Source: Octopus vulgaris
Lineage: Eukaryota
Length of the DNA stretch: 64,000 nt
Reading direction: 5' to 3'
Assembly (NCBI GenBank): GCA_951406725.2
Contig: OX597821.1
Location: forward strand, 92,938,001 to 93,002,000
Shown here: positions 29,690 through 41,543 of the stretch, one piece after another
Position numbering within the stretch: position 1 is the first letter of the stretch
Layout of the letters: every line of letters starts with the position of its first letter
Translations under genes and position numbers: made by a program
Notes under the pieces: model-generated
What the model saw: the letters and a program-made list of their open reading frames with translations, nothing else
What the model was told of the DNA's origin: nothing
Database searches by the model: none

Positions 29690-30019
29690 GGGAAATAAGG
29701 CATAAGTTTTGCGTGATAGAGTGACGTAGTATAAACGAACTGATAAGGAAAACGAGCATAAAAGGAATCAGCTTCTCAGTGCAGGATAGAAAATGGCACC
29801 GGTATTGGCATGTGGTGTGCATGGAAAATGAAATATGGGCGAAAAAGCGGTTAATAATGCATATAGGAGACTAGAGAAGAAAGAAGACCAAAGAAGACGT
29901 GATCAACATTGGAAAGGAATTCACGAAGGTGTGAGAAAGAAGTCATGAGACTCACAAAGGAATAACAAAGAATTTGTATTGCAATTGACCAGTATGGAAA
30001 AGCAGGCGTAAAAATTATG
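29690..30019 (+). mobile_element. Decayed RTE-clade LINE 3' end
   Basis: SINELIRKTSIKGISFSVQDRKWHRYWHVVCMENEIWAKK then RRPKKT* resembles the RTE C-terminal RWYGHVxRM..GRPKKTW; ends CCAGTATGGAAAAGCAGGCGTAAAAAT. Confidence 0.7.
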
Positions 30020-30887
30020 TTTATACAAACGCATATATAGCTGCTTCAAGGATAAGGTTAAATATACATCATATCCACAAACATGCCCTGATCTAGTAAG
30101 GGATGCTAGCGATGAAGGATCTAGTCTTTTTCATTCGCAAAATGAGCCCCCCCCCTATAATTTTGCTCAGATTGCTTTCAATTTTGGTGTATCGATGCAA
30201 CTCTGAATTTTGATTACTATCAAACAATTACTTTATCTCGTAAATTAAAGAATCTGATGTTATTTGGGAAATTTGGGTAATTTTAAGCCTGTTAACAAAC
30301 AGCGTGGCATTAGCAGCTTGTTACCATGACAACCGCATGCTGTGTTGTGGTTCACCCTTGTCTGTGCCGCTGTTGTCTATGTTGATTTTTCAAACTTGAT
30401 TCTTCACACCACGAGATTCTTTTTACCTGCGTGTTTTGTTTTAATTTTTCTGTGTGTTAGAATTTTTACTTATTTTTCATTTCATATATTTTTGGGATAC
30501 ATTGTTTCAGATAGCTGGATTTATGATTTCTATTCAGAAAAATTTAGATTAGGAGTATTTCTTAAACAGTTAGCTTCACATTTCAACAGCTTAACTGAAA
30601 TTTAGCCCAAGCAACAGGAACTGAGAGGGATATCGTGGAACAGAGAAACTGTGGGTGATACAGATAATTTGACATTATTTTTTAATTCTGCATGCAAAAA
30701 CGTATAAGATGCAGGTATTCTTTTCCTTGGGACAAATTCTTTGTTGCCCAGTGCTATTCTCATCATAGTTTACAAATCCAAAGCTAAGATCTTTACTCAA
30801 CTTTGGAGTTTGGGGAACAAACGCCCCTTCACACACACACACACAAACACACATGAATGCATAAATGTACATATAAACTTATGAATA

Positions 30888-31497
30888 TGTAACGAACTTA
30901 GTGTGAATATATTCTCTTGTACTTTCGGGGTACAAGAGGCAATCACTAGCCGTTGCTTTAATAATCCAGAATTCTACCAGTCAGAAACAACAAGACGCAG
31001 ACGTAAAAGATATATATACTACTTTATTCTCTAATGTGGTAACAGTAACAATAAGTGCTTATCTGGTATCCCTTTGGTTCTGGGCGCGCAAGGCTGAAAG
31101 TTAATCGATTGTAATATTTACAATGTTCAGCCGCTAAAAACAGAACGGGTTAAAGATGGCGGCGAACAATGGAGACGATGTTGGTCTGCAACAATTTGGT
31201 TAAAGGCCTTTTGGTAAGGTGCTGCTAGAAGCAAGTTCGAACGGAGAGAAAATATGCGTGACCGTCGCCTTCAGTCGCTGCTGTCTCAAGTCCCCGCTGA
31301 CTGGTGCTAGTGGTCAAACGTTCTACGACCCCCTTGCCTCGCTAACTGCTACGTAGGCAAAAGGGTCGTGCTTCCGGTGGTTCGCGCATGCGCGAGAGGG
31401 CCCTTCCTTTCTGTGCCTTGGTGAAAGCACCAACACTCGCACGCGCGAAATAGAAAATGGACGGTGCGCGCGCGTGCACCGTTATAGGATCACTACA
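30888..31497 (-). mobile_element. Solo LTR (610 bp), probably Ty3/Gypsy-type
   Basis: TGTA...TACA termini, 4-bp TSD AATA (30884-30887 and 31498-31501), AATAAA on the minus strand at 31023-31028, and a CpG-rich U3-like segment. Confidence 0.8.
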
Positions 31498-32414
31498 AAT
31501 ACATACATCCACATGCACTTATATATTAATGATGTACACAAATGCATGACAGGTATACATAATACGCATAAAGTAAACACATGCAGACAAATATCCTAAT
31601 ATAACAAATTTTAAAAATAATAAAAACATACAATCAATGAGGTGGCAAAAGAAACAGTAAGATGACACATATTGATTTTATTAGGTATTTCTGTTGATTT
31701 AGAAACCTACAATGTACAGGTGATGTCACAGACGCTAAACTATAAATTTCACAGGGTACAACCTTAAAGTTGAAACCGCTTCGCTAACCGCAGAAAATTT
31801 CTGTCTCGCTATTGGCTAAAGATACAGTTTCCCCGATCTTTAAACCTCTGTAACTCTTTCCTCTAATTTTTTCTCCCCAACATCACACCTTCATAGTAAT
31901 GAGACTGGAAGACTATTTTATTATAGCCGATTTTCAGACTTTTTACATTCTTTTAAAAAATGCATGTTTAGCGAAAGAAAAAAAAAAAAGGATCCGAGAT
32001 GAAATTTCGTTTGCCTTTTTTCTCCTACTAAAAAGCAAATCTACATAAATAGGTAAAAGATCCCCTGAGTCAAGAGAAAAGCATTTTCTCAGCCGTCACA
32101 ATTAATGAAACATTTTCAAAAGAAATAGTTTGAAAATGATCTAATAATTCTTCTAATATGTAAAAAGCATATCATATAAGCCTACAACAATCACTTCTGA
32201 GAAACCAGGCATACAACACTATATACAAAACCAAAATTCCACTGATACGAATGCAAAAACAAAGGCTAAAGCAAGATTAAAACAACGATGCACAAACTAA
32301 AGTGCCATGATGTAGCAGCTATTGAGGTGTGGTGCAAGCTTGTTAGTAGGCTGTTTGAAATTTCGGTTTCTTTTTGAACAATCAGCCTGTAAGTGTGCTC
32401 GTGTGTGTGTGTGC

Positions 32415-32575
32415 GTTTCTCTCCTTGTTTTGTTCTGTGTATCTTTCTGTCGAAGAGCGTAGACTCGAAACGTAAAAGACTTTTTCTATTTCTATTCCTG
32501 AGCACTATACTAATACATTTGTTTGTTTGTACTCCACCTGCCTTCGTCTTTTGTTTATTTTCGTAAACCTTCCCG

Positions 32576-32578
<3 letters not shown>
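32415..32578 (+). mobile_element. Family H1 repeat with hammerhead-like motif
   Basis: CTTT-CTGTCGA-A-GAGC-GTAG-ACTC-GAAA-CGTA-AAAG at 32443-32478; followed by (TA)n. Confidence 0.78.
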
Positions 32579-32608
<30 letters not shown>

Positions 32609-32649
32609 CAAACACGACTGAATGAACGAAGTCAAGTATACACAGCACA

Positions 32650-32880
32650 GGCGGCGAGCTGGCAGAAACGTTAGCGCGCCGGGCGAAATGCTTAGCGGTA
32701 GTTCGTCTGACGTTACGTTCTGAGTTCAAATTCCGCCGAGGTAGACTTTGCCTTTCAACCTTTCGGGGTCGATAAATATAGTACCAGTTTCACACTGGGG
32801 TCGATGTAATCGACTTAATCCATTTGTCTGTCCTCGTTTGTCCCCTCTATATTTAGCCCCTTGTGGGTAGTAAAGAAATA
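32650..32880 (+). mobile_element. tRNA-derived SINE family B
   Basis: Near-consensus copy; TATAC(A/T)CAGCACAG on both flanks. Confidence 0.9.
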
Positions 32881-33082
32881 TATATACTCAGCACAGTTTG
32901 TGTTATGTGTATTCAATTACTGTATGACCCGTTTATTCATATAAATTACTTGGGCTTGAGCACGTCCGAATTCTCAAATGTTGAGACAAACTGAAGAGAA
33001 TTTAAAAGAAATTTGAAATACTTTCTGGATGTGAACTATGTGTTTGGTAAGCTAGCTACTTAACACACAGCCACCCCATGCG

Positions 33083-33258
33083 CCTCGCTAGCGACTACAC
33101 TTTCTTTATTTTCTGTTCTCGTTTCTTTATGTGTTCCTTTCTGTGGAAGAGCGTAGGCTCGAAATATTAAAGACTTTTTACTTCCTCAAAGTTATACTAA
33201 TACATATATTTGTTGTCTACACCTCCTGTCTTCGTTTTATGTTTTTAATGAATTCTCC

Positions 33259-33261
<3 letters not shown>
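33083..33261 (+). mobile_element. Family H1 repeat with degenerate hammerhead motif
   Basis: CTTT-CTGTGGA-A-GAGC-GTAG-GCTC-GAAA-TATT-AAAG at 33137-33172. Confidence 0.72.
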
Positions 33262-33337
<76 letters not shown>

Positions 33338-33598
33338 CTGCATCTATATACTGCATATATTATATATGGCTAAGCATGATTGAAATGTTTGTATACTTAT
33401 ATATATGTGTGTGTGTGTGTGTGTCTTTCTGTATCTGTGTGAGTGTATACGCACGCACACATATGCATGCATGTATGTATATGCATGTATAATAGTGTAC
33501 GAGTAGATGTACGCGTGTGAGTGTGTGCATGTATGTACGTATTAAATATGCATATTAAGTATATTATTTATTTGCACGCTTGGGCGTGCTTATGTTAT

Positions 33599-33712
<114 letters not shown>

Positions 33713-34394
33713 TTATTTATGTGTATGTAAACATACATATTCATGTGTTTCTTTGCATGCATTTGTCAGCAAGCATGTTATATACAGACAAATGCTCTCA
33801 AACATATAAAAGAATTAAAAGTATCCTCAATGAACGTACAAAACCAGCAGGATTATATATCTTCCTTAACGGCCCAAAAGAAATATAATACCTACTATAT
33901 AAAACAAAGATGCGAATAAAAATATATATATACATAAATTTCATAAATGCATGCATTTATGCAATTTACAGCCAAGATTTTCTATACATCATATATATAT
34001 ATATATATATATATACATACATACACAGACACATACATATATATATACACGTACACCTACACACAAAACACATATACATCACGTATGCATATATACGTAC
34101 ACGTACAAAGAGTGTTTACAAAGTTACTACAATGTAAACAGAAAATAAATAAACGAAGAAATCAAGGAGGAAAAACAAAATGCCAAGGAAAACAAAGTTT
34201 TGTATGTTCGCTGTATTTTACATTATTTCAGCTTAAATGTTCTTATCAAGAAAAATGGAAACTGAGTTTAACTCTGATCTTTAAAGATAGATGTCGCGTA
34301 CACTATTCTGCATTGTTCTGAGTATTTTCACTTTTTAAGTTAACGCATATCCAGTGAGATCTGTAGATGAAAATTCTCAAAAAGTATCTCTTCT

Positions 34395-35000
34395 AGCTGA
34401 GATTATATCTCTTATTCAGTTCAATGATATTGGTAACTATTTTCAAGATCTGCAACTTCTTAATCAAGCATAGTCTACAGTTTCCAAACATGGTATTGTA
34501 TAGAACGTTCTTTATACAACACTTTTGTATAAACACGTTTGTGTCTACAGTCACTTAGTTTTAAAATAAACTGAAGGAAACAAGAGTTCGCTTTGGGCTT
34601 TGACCTGAATGAGTTCGGTTGTTTCTTATATCGGTTTTTAAATGCATTTACTGTCAGTCCCATTTATTTTTCATCGATAACATCTGTAGTTGTCATAGCT
34701 GTATTATGCATCGATGATTTGGAAAGACCCGATCCTGTAATAGGACAGTTTGATAAATTTCGCTGGTTACAATTTTCCTGGAGTAACGTGGCTATGTATT
34801 TTTCTTAGATTAAGTTCTGAAGTTTGTGAAGTATGGCTCTCTAGACAAGTAAATTATTTAATAATGTTGATGGTGATAAGTTTGTAGCAAATATATGAAA
34901 ATAGGAACTGGAATATTATTCGCGATAGAAATTTCCTGGCTATGTCGATGGTTCATGCTGAAGACTGAATTGAACCGAATTATCTTATTTTTCTGGGGGA
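34395..35000 (-). mobile_element. Decayed Penelope-like element (Neptune-type) C-terminal GIY-YIG endonuclease region
   Basis: Minus strand: KIIRFNSVFSMN..DIARKFLS, then ENCNQRNLSNCPITGSGLSKSSMHNTAMTTTDVIDEK*MGLTVNAFKNRYKKQPNSFRSKPKANS, then YNTMFGNCRLCLIKKLQIL..LNKR. This matches the PLE pattern IIWFNPPFS..CNCR..CPL.G.C..YIGLT..FK.RY..C.LCL.EK..LNKR. Confidence 0.78.
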
Positions 35001-35383
35001 TGTATCTGAGAGATGTCTTTTTATAAATACTAGTTTCTCACTAAAACCACTTCTTGTTGAAGCATTGCAATAGTAGAGGGCAGCAAAATAAAAATATCCC
35101 TGTCAAAGGTTAAATTTAAAACTATTTTCTTGAGTCACATACGAAGATCTTACTAACAGTTTGGATGTGGTTGAATGTACGCAGCCCTCTTGTTTGGATC
35201 CCTGAAGAGGAGATGTTTGGTTGCGATCAAGTCAAATACAATGCAATGCCAAGAAAGTTGACTACTTGTAGCTGGTGTTAATGGGGCTGCTAAAACGATA
35301 GACAGACATATATATATGTATGTGCACATACAGTTGCGTACACAAAAATGCACACACACAGGGGGACACACACACACATATAT

Positions 35384-35494
<111 letters not shown>

Positions 35495-35819
35495 CATACA
35501 TATATTTATATATATATTAGATGACTGCAGAATTGGTAGGTAATTCTCTTGTCGATAATTCATTTTTGTGGGGATTTTTTAAAATTAACTATCACATCAG
35601 TTTATCAGTGTATATACAAAGACACGCGCGCGCATCGAAACAAGGTTCATGTAAGTACGTATATATTGTGTGTATGCACGTTTCTATTTATACATATAGA
35701 TGAGAACTCACATTGGTACATTCACAAATAAAGAAGCTGTAACATATATGAGCATTCACATATTTATAAATGTGTGAATTAACAGCGCACCTACATACAC
35801 TCTCTCATACGCACATGCA

Positions 35820-35875
<56 letters not shown>

Positions 35876-35892
35876 ATGTATATATATATATG

Positions 35893-35945
<53 letters not shown>

Positions 35946-35972
35946 TTATATATATATATGTATGTTTGTATG

Positions 35973-36003
<31 letters not shown>

Positions 36004-36656
36004 GCGTGTGTGTGTGTATACATATATATATGTAGCTATATATATGCATATATTTCATGAGTACCTGTCTTTACACACGCTTACGTATACATACTGCCAT
36101 GCATATTATAAACGTATGTATGTGTGTATTTCTGTGTTAAGTTTGTTGAACTTCAAAATATTAGAAAAGGTTCTAAAGAAAAACTGAAGAACAAAATTTA
36201 TGTTGTAGAAATATATATAACATTTTAAACAAGTGAGTGTGGAGAAAAACAATCATAAAATTTTAAAAATCAATAAGATGAAGATGATGATAATTATGAT
36301 GATGGGGATGAAACATTTATAGTGCATAGTAACATGAAAGGAATATCCTCAAAGATCTTACCAAATTATAAGTACACTACAGCATTTGAGAAAATATCTG
36401 AGCAAAAGTTAATTAAATTCTCGAAGTTCTACATCTATCCACGATGATTTAATCAAATAATTAAGCAAGAATTATTTTAACTAAAAATGATTTCATTGAG
36501 AAATTTCCTTAGAGCCATTTTAAACAAATTTTATAAATTTTCAGTAGGAAATTTTTCGTAAATGTAGCTTTGTCCACATGTATGAGATGGGTTTGTGGAA
36601 AAGAAAGGTGAATTAAAGATGGGAGAAGGAAAAATAGCGACAGCAGTGGTGTGAGC

Positions 36657-36701
<45 letters not shown>

Positions 36702-36948
36702 CGACGACGACGACGATAAGGGTAGGAGGGATTGATTGTGATGTTAGTAGTGTTGTTAACAGTGGAAGTAGGTAGAGTATTAGTTGTATTGGTGGGTATG
36801 TTTCATTATTCTTTCTTAACCTCAGTTAAAGTACATTTGTTTGTGCAAAGCAACTGATGAGAAGACAATTACACAATTGAAAAAAAGCAATAATAATAAT
36901 AATAATAATAATAATATATACATACTTACATACATACATACATACATA

Positions 36949-37018
36949 CAGGAGTTGGACAAAATAATGGAAACACCTAACATCATAGCATCATAATTTT
37001 GAAATATCTATAAAACCA
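36949..37018 (+). mobile_element. Isolated Tc1-like terminal fragment
   Basis: TA|CAGGAGTTGGACAAAATAATGGAAACACC is a typical Tc1-type TIR; no partner end seen. Confidence 0.6.
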
Positions 37019-37021
37019 AAA

Positions 37022-37620
37022 GAGGAAAGCGTTACTCATATAGTAAGTGAATGTAGCATGCTGGCACAGAAAGAATACAAGAAATGACATGACAATCTAG
37101 GGAGAGTAATCCACTGGATGTTATGTAGAAAGCTAGGATTTTAACATACTGATAAATAGTATGAACATGAACCTAGTAATGTACTAGAAATTAAGAAATA
37201 TAAGATGTTGTGGGACTTTAACATTCAGACTGATAGATTAATAGATGCCAGAAGGCCTGGTTTAGTAGTAGTAGACAAAGAGAATAGAAAGCACCAAATA
37301 ATTGTCTTTACAGTTCCAAATTATGGCAACGTCAATATGAGAGGTATAGAGAAAATATCAAAGTACCAGGACCTAGCCATTGAATTGCATAGACTATGGA
37401 AAGTGCGGGTAAAATGTATCCCAGTAATAGGTGCATTTGGAACTATCGTTAAAGATTTGAATAGATGTTTAGAGGAATAGGCATAAAACCCAGTTTAGTA
37501 CAACTCCAGAAAATAGTATTGTTAGGAACAGCTAGCATACTTAGGAGGGTTCATTGCGTCTAAGGTTACTTGTTGTTGCCCGATGTTAGGAGTTTTCCTT
37601 TTCCAACAGTCTAATCTGTT
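37022..37620 (+). mobile_element. R4/Dong-clade LINE 3' fragment (partial CCHC knuckle plus restriction-like endonuclease)
   Basis: EESVTHIVSECSMLAQKEYKK*HDNLGRVIHWMLC..YEHEPSNVLE..MLWDFNIQTDRLIDARRPGLVVVDK..EKISKYQDLAIELHRLW..LQKIVLLGTASILRRV; in-frame stops. Confidence 0.9.
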
Positions 37621-37759
37621 GTGTGTATATGAATGATGATGATGATTATGATGATGATGATGATGATGATGATCCTTTCTACGATAGGCACAAGGAGGGA
37701 GGGGAGAGGAGTAGTCTATGACATCGACCCCAGTGTTCAACTAGTACTTATTTTTAAAA

Positions 37760-38139
37760 AAAACAGTTGTTTTCCTCATCGATATGACTGTCCTATTTGA
37801 TACAAATGCATCTCATAAGACCTACCAAAGGTTGAACAAGTACAAGTTTCTTGACATAGAAATTGGCAAAATGTGGAAACTCAAGACTAGAAAAATCCCC
37901 GTGCTTGTAAGTGCCCTAAGAATAACAACAGCAAAGGAGGCAGAATATTACCTATCCCAAATCCCAGGGAATCCAAAAATGGAAAACAAAATCAGTATAT
38001 AGTACTTAGGGACTGCTCATGTCCTACAAAAATCAAACATTTTTGTCATAATGCGTACTTGAACTTAGAACTTGCTGTCTCTTGAGGTCTCTGAGTGAGA
38101 TTTCGACTCAGCTTGTACAAACACAAAATAAAATCCAAA

Positions 38140-38170
<31 letters not shown>
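37760..38170 (+). mobile_element. Second, divergent R4/Dong-clade LINE 3' fragment
   Basis: CFLIDMTVLFDTNASHKTYQRLNKYKFLDIEIGKMWKLKTRKIPVLVSAL..GTAHVL, a 3' UTR and an (AAC)n tail. Confidence 0.82.
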
Positions 38171-38199
38171 GCAGCAGCTGCAACAGCAACTGCAACAAC

Positions 38200-38992
38200 A
38201 AAAATAATGAAACTAACAAGACTATTTGGGCAGCAGCAATGGTTGGTGCAGATAGAGTTGGAAATAAAAGAAGAGAACAAACAGAACGTAGAGAGCCACA
38301 CTGGCGTAGACGAATTTTTTTGTGAGAAAGAAACGAAGTTAAAAAGACATTTAGGAAAAGTTGATAGATTGAGCAGAGGAGAGTGGCAGAACGAAAGCAT
38401 AAGAATAATGCTGGAAAGAACATATAGAATAAAAGATAAAGATTATGATGTGATATTGGAAGAACTGAAACAAAGAGTAATAGCAATCAAAGCAAATCTG
38501 GAAAGATTTGACAATAGACAGTTCAGGCAAAAGATATGACAAAAGACATTTCAAGCTAAACAGATTGTTTGAAGCAAATCAGAAGAAAATATTTTAGGAA
38601 CTAGATGGACAAATACGCGTAACAATGATGCCAGATGCAGAGGAAAGCAAGGCATTTTGGAGAAGGATCTGGGACCAACCTGTAAAGCATAAGGATGAAG
38701 TAGAGTGGCTGCATAAAATCCAAGATAGGTTAAGAAATATGGAAGTCCAAGAAGACATAAAAATAACTGCAGAAATGATAAAAGCAGTGAAGAAAATTCC
38801 CATATTGGAAGAGCCCAGGACTGGATGCGGTCCAAGGATGTTGGATGAAGAAGCTGATAGGGCTCCATGAAAGGACAGCACAACAGCTAGATGAGTGCTT
38901 GCAGGATGGCCCAGTGTCCAGCTGGATGCCAAAGGAAAGACATTGATATATGCCAAGGATCCTGAAAAGGGAAATGTTCCATCCAACTTTAG
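38200..38992 (+). mobile_element. R4/Dong-clade LINE fragment (pre-RT region and start of RT)
   Basis: EPHWRRRI..LEELKQRVIAIKANLERFDNRQ..PDAEESKAFWRRIWDQPVKH..WKSPGLDAVQGCWMKK..KDPEKGNVPSNFR; frameshifted and cut by a family A head. Confidence 0.88.
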
Positions 38993-39178
38993 GCTATAAT
39001 AGAAGACACTTGCCCAAGGTGCTACGCAGTGGGACTGCACCTAGATTCATGGGGGCTGCGAAGCAAGCTTCTTACCACACAGCCACACCTGCGCCTACAC
39101 ACACAGAGATACAGACACACACACACACGAACACACACACAGACACAGACATACACACACACGCACACACACACACAC

Positions 39179-39210
<32 letters not shown>

Positions 39211-39411
39211 ATCCAGTCTGTCTTTCTAGAAAGACAGAATGGACTGAAGAGAACAGAACGGAATGGAGAGTAGCTGAAGTGACTACATATATACGATAAT
39301 CATCATTTAACGTCCATTTTCCATACTATCACATAGACGTGTGTGTGTGTATGCTTCGACCAGGATGCATAATTGCATACAGAACAATGTGTAGTTAGTA
39401 CAGTAGAAACA

Positions 39412-39828
39412 TACTCTTTACTCTTTTTACTCCTTTACTTGTTTCAGTCATTTGACTGCGGCCATGCTGGAGCACCGCCTTTAGTCGAGCAAATCGACCC
39501 CGGGACTTATTCTTTGTAAGCCCAGTACTTATTCTATCGGTCTCTTATGCCGAAGCGCTAATTGATTGGGATGTAAACACACCAGCATCGGTTGTCAAGC
39601 AATGCTAGGGGGACAAACACAGACACACAAACATATACACACACACTTATATATATATATACATATATACGACGGGCTTCTTTCAGTTTCCGTCTACCAA
39701 ACCCACTCACAAGGCATTGGTCGGCCCGGGGCTATAGCAGAAGACACTTGCCTAAGATGCCACGCAGTGGGACTGAACTCCGCCATGTGGTTTGTTAGCA
39801 AGCTACTTACCACACAGCTACTCCTGCA
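39412..39828 (-). mobile_element. tRNA-derived SINE family A
   Basis: Near-consensus reverse copy. Confidence 0.9.
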
Positions 39829-40267
39829 CACATACGTTGGTCATTGTTACACATGCTGTAGAAACACGTTCGAGATGTGCACACACATACACACACACAC
39901 ATACACACACACACACACACACATTGATGAAGTCAAGTTGTGTTGTGATGATTTTTCACAGACAATATAATACAGCGTTCTTCAATGTCTTGCCCCAGCC
40001 TGGCCAATGCACACGTTGATAAGCTTATGCGTTTGTTTTGAAAACTTTCTGTAAAATCGTGTTGGAACAGATATTGTTATATATTTTGGGATGGTCATTT
40101 TGCTTTGTTTTGTTTGTTTGTTTGTTTGTTTTTTGCCGAATAAACACACGCACTATACATTCGTTCTTCACTTCAGCGACTCTCCATTCCCACTTGTTCC
40201 CTGTCCACTTCAGCTCATTCTGTCTTTCTAGAAAGACAGAATAGATTATATGCATACCTACATATAT

Positions 40268-40351
<84 letters not shown>

Positions 40352-40381
40352 TGTGTATACATACATACATACATACATACA

Positions 40382-40408
<27 letters not shown>

Positions 40409-40412
<4 letters not shown>

Positions 40413-41083
40413 GAGAGGGATGATCACTATGTGGATAACCCTTATGCTAGAAGTAGATCCGCTATGGTCTTACCACTAAGAAATTCTCTCAAGAAAATTT
40501 AGCAAACACCAGAACGTAAGCGAGCAAGACAAATGAAAAGTGGCAAGAATATAGATTAATCATAAACATGTTTCACTATCAAGTTACGTAATTTTACTTA
40601 CGCAATTTGTCCGTAAGATCTTCAGTATGATTGTGATTACAAATATAATTTGCAGAACTATACACTGGACGTCCGCCATATATATAGTTATACCTATTAC
40701 ACTTGTGGTTGTTTTTCAAAGTCTTTATTTTTTGCGCGCTAAAACACCGGAAATAATACTGCAGAAAATAATTCACAGCAGTAGCTTTTGCCAGTAAGAG
40801 AACGTATTTATTTAAATTTAAATTTAAAATGAGGGTGAAAATTGGATATTAATTTGATTAACATCAATTTAAAACCAATGGTCTAGCATATTAAAATCTG
40901 AAGGTTCAGAAAATTGTATTACCTATATATGAAGGGATGACCACTATGTGGACAACCCTTATGCTGGAAGTAGATCCGGTGTGGTCTTACCACTAAGAAA
41001 TGTTTTCAAGAAAATTTAGCAAATACCAGAACGTAAGCGAGCAAGACAAATGAAAAGTAACGAAAATATAGATTAGCCATAAA

Positions 41084-41085
<2 letters not shown>
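40409..41085 (-). mobile_element. Partial-tandem element with ~160-bp direct repeats and a hammerhead motif (Penelope pLTR / retrozyme-like)
   Basis: Direct repeats 40409-40568 and 40927-41085 (period about 517 nt); hammerhead motif at 40558-40632; microsatellites on both flanks. Confidence 0.75.
40558..40632 (-). ncRNA. Candidate type I hammerhead ribozyme
   Basis: AAUCAUA-CUGAAGA-[domain II containing a CUUACG/CGUAAG hairpin]-GAAA-C-AU-G-UU-UAUGAUU: perfect 7-bp stem I, palindromic ACAUGU stem III, GUU cleavage triplet. Stem II closure is irregular. Confidence 0.6.
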
Positions 41086-41140
<55 letters not shown>

Positions 41141-41145
<5 letters not shown>

Positions 41146-41307
41146 AACAGAAATCTGTTACTCTGAGTTTCTCGTTGAACGGCAACGAGAAACTCAGAGT
41201 AACAGATTTTGTTGAATTTTCTGCTGCTTTAAATAAAGCATATTACTCTACCACTGGTATTTGAGTACTCTTTTTTCCACCTTGTTTCACATTTATGTGT
41301 TTACTCC

Positions 41308-41310
<3 letters not shown>
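41141..41310. mobile_element. (TA)n-embedded fold-back insertion with a perfect 27-bp hairpin
   Basis: Arms 41151-41177 and 41183-41209 with a 5-nt loop; contains GAAA-CTC-A-GAG-TA, which resembles a hammerhead 3' half. Confidence 0.7.
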
Positions 41311-41345
<35 letters not shown>

Positions 41346-41349
<4 letters not shown>

Positions 41350-41538
41350 AAAATCAACGAAAAAATAAAAGACGAAGACGGGTGTGTAAACAACAAACAG
41401 ATGTTTTAGCTTAACGCTCTGGAAGTGGGAAAGTCTTTTACGTTTCGAGCCTACGCTCCTCGACAGAAAGCAACACAGAAATAAACAGGGAGAGAAAATA
41501 GAAAAAGGTTTAGTGGCTTGCGATCTATCATGGCGAAT
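41346..41538 (-). mobile_element. Family H1 repeat with hammerhead-like motif
   Basis: Minus strand 41435-41470: CUUU-CUGUCGA-G-GAGC-GUAG-GCUC-GAAA-CGUA-AAAG. Confidence 0.78.
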
Positions 41539-41543
41539 ATATA

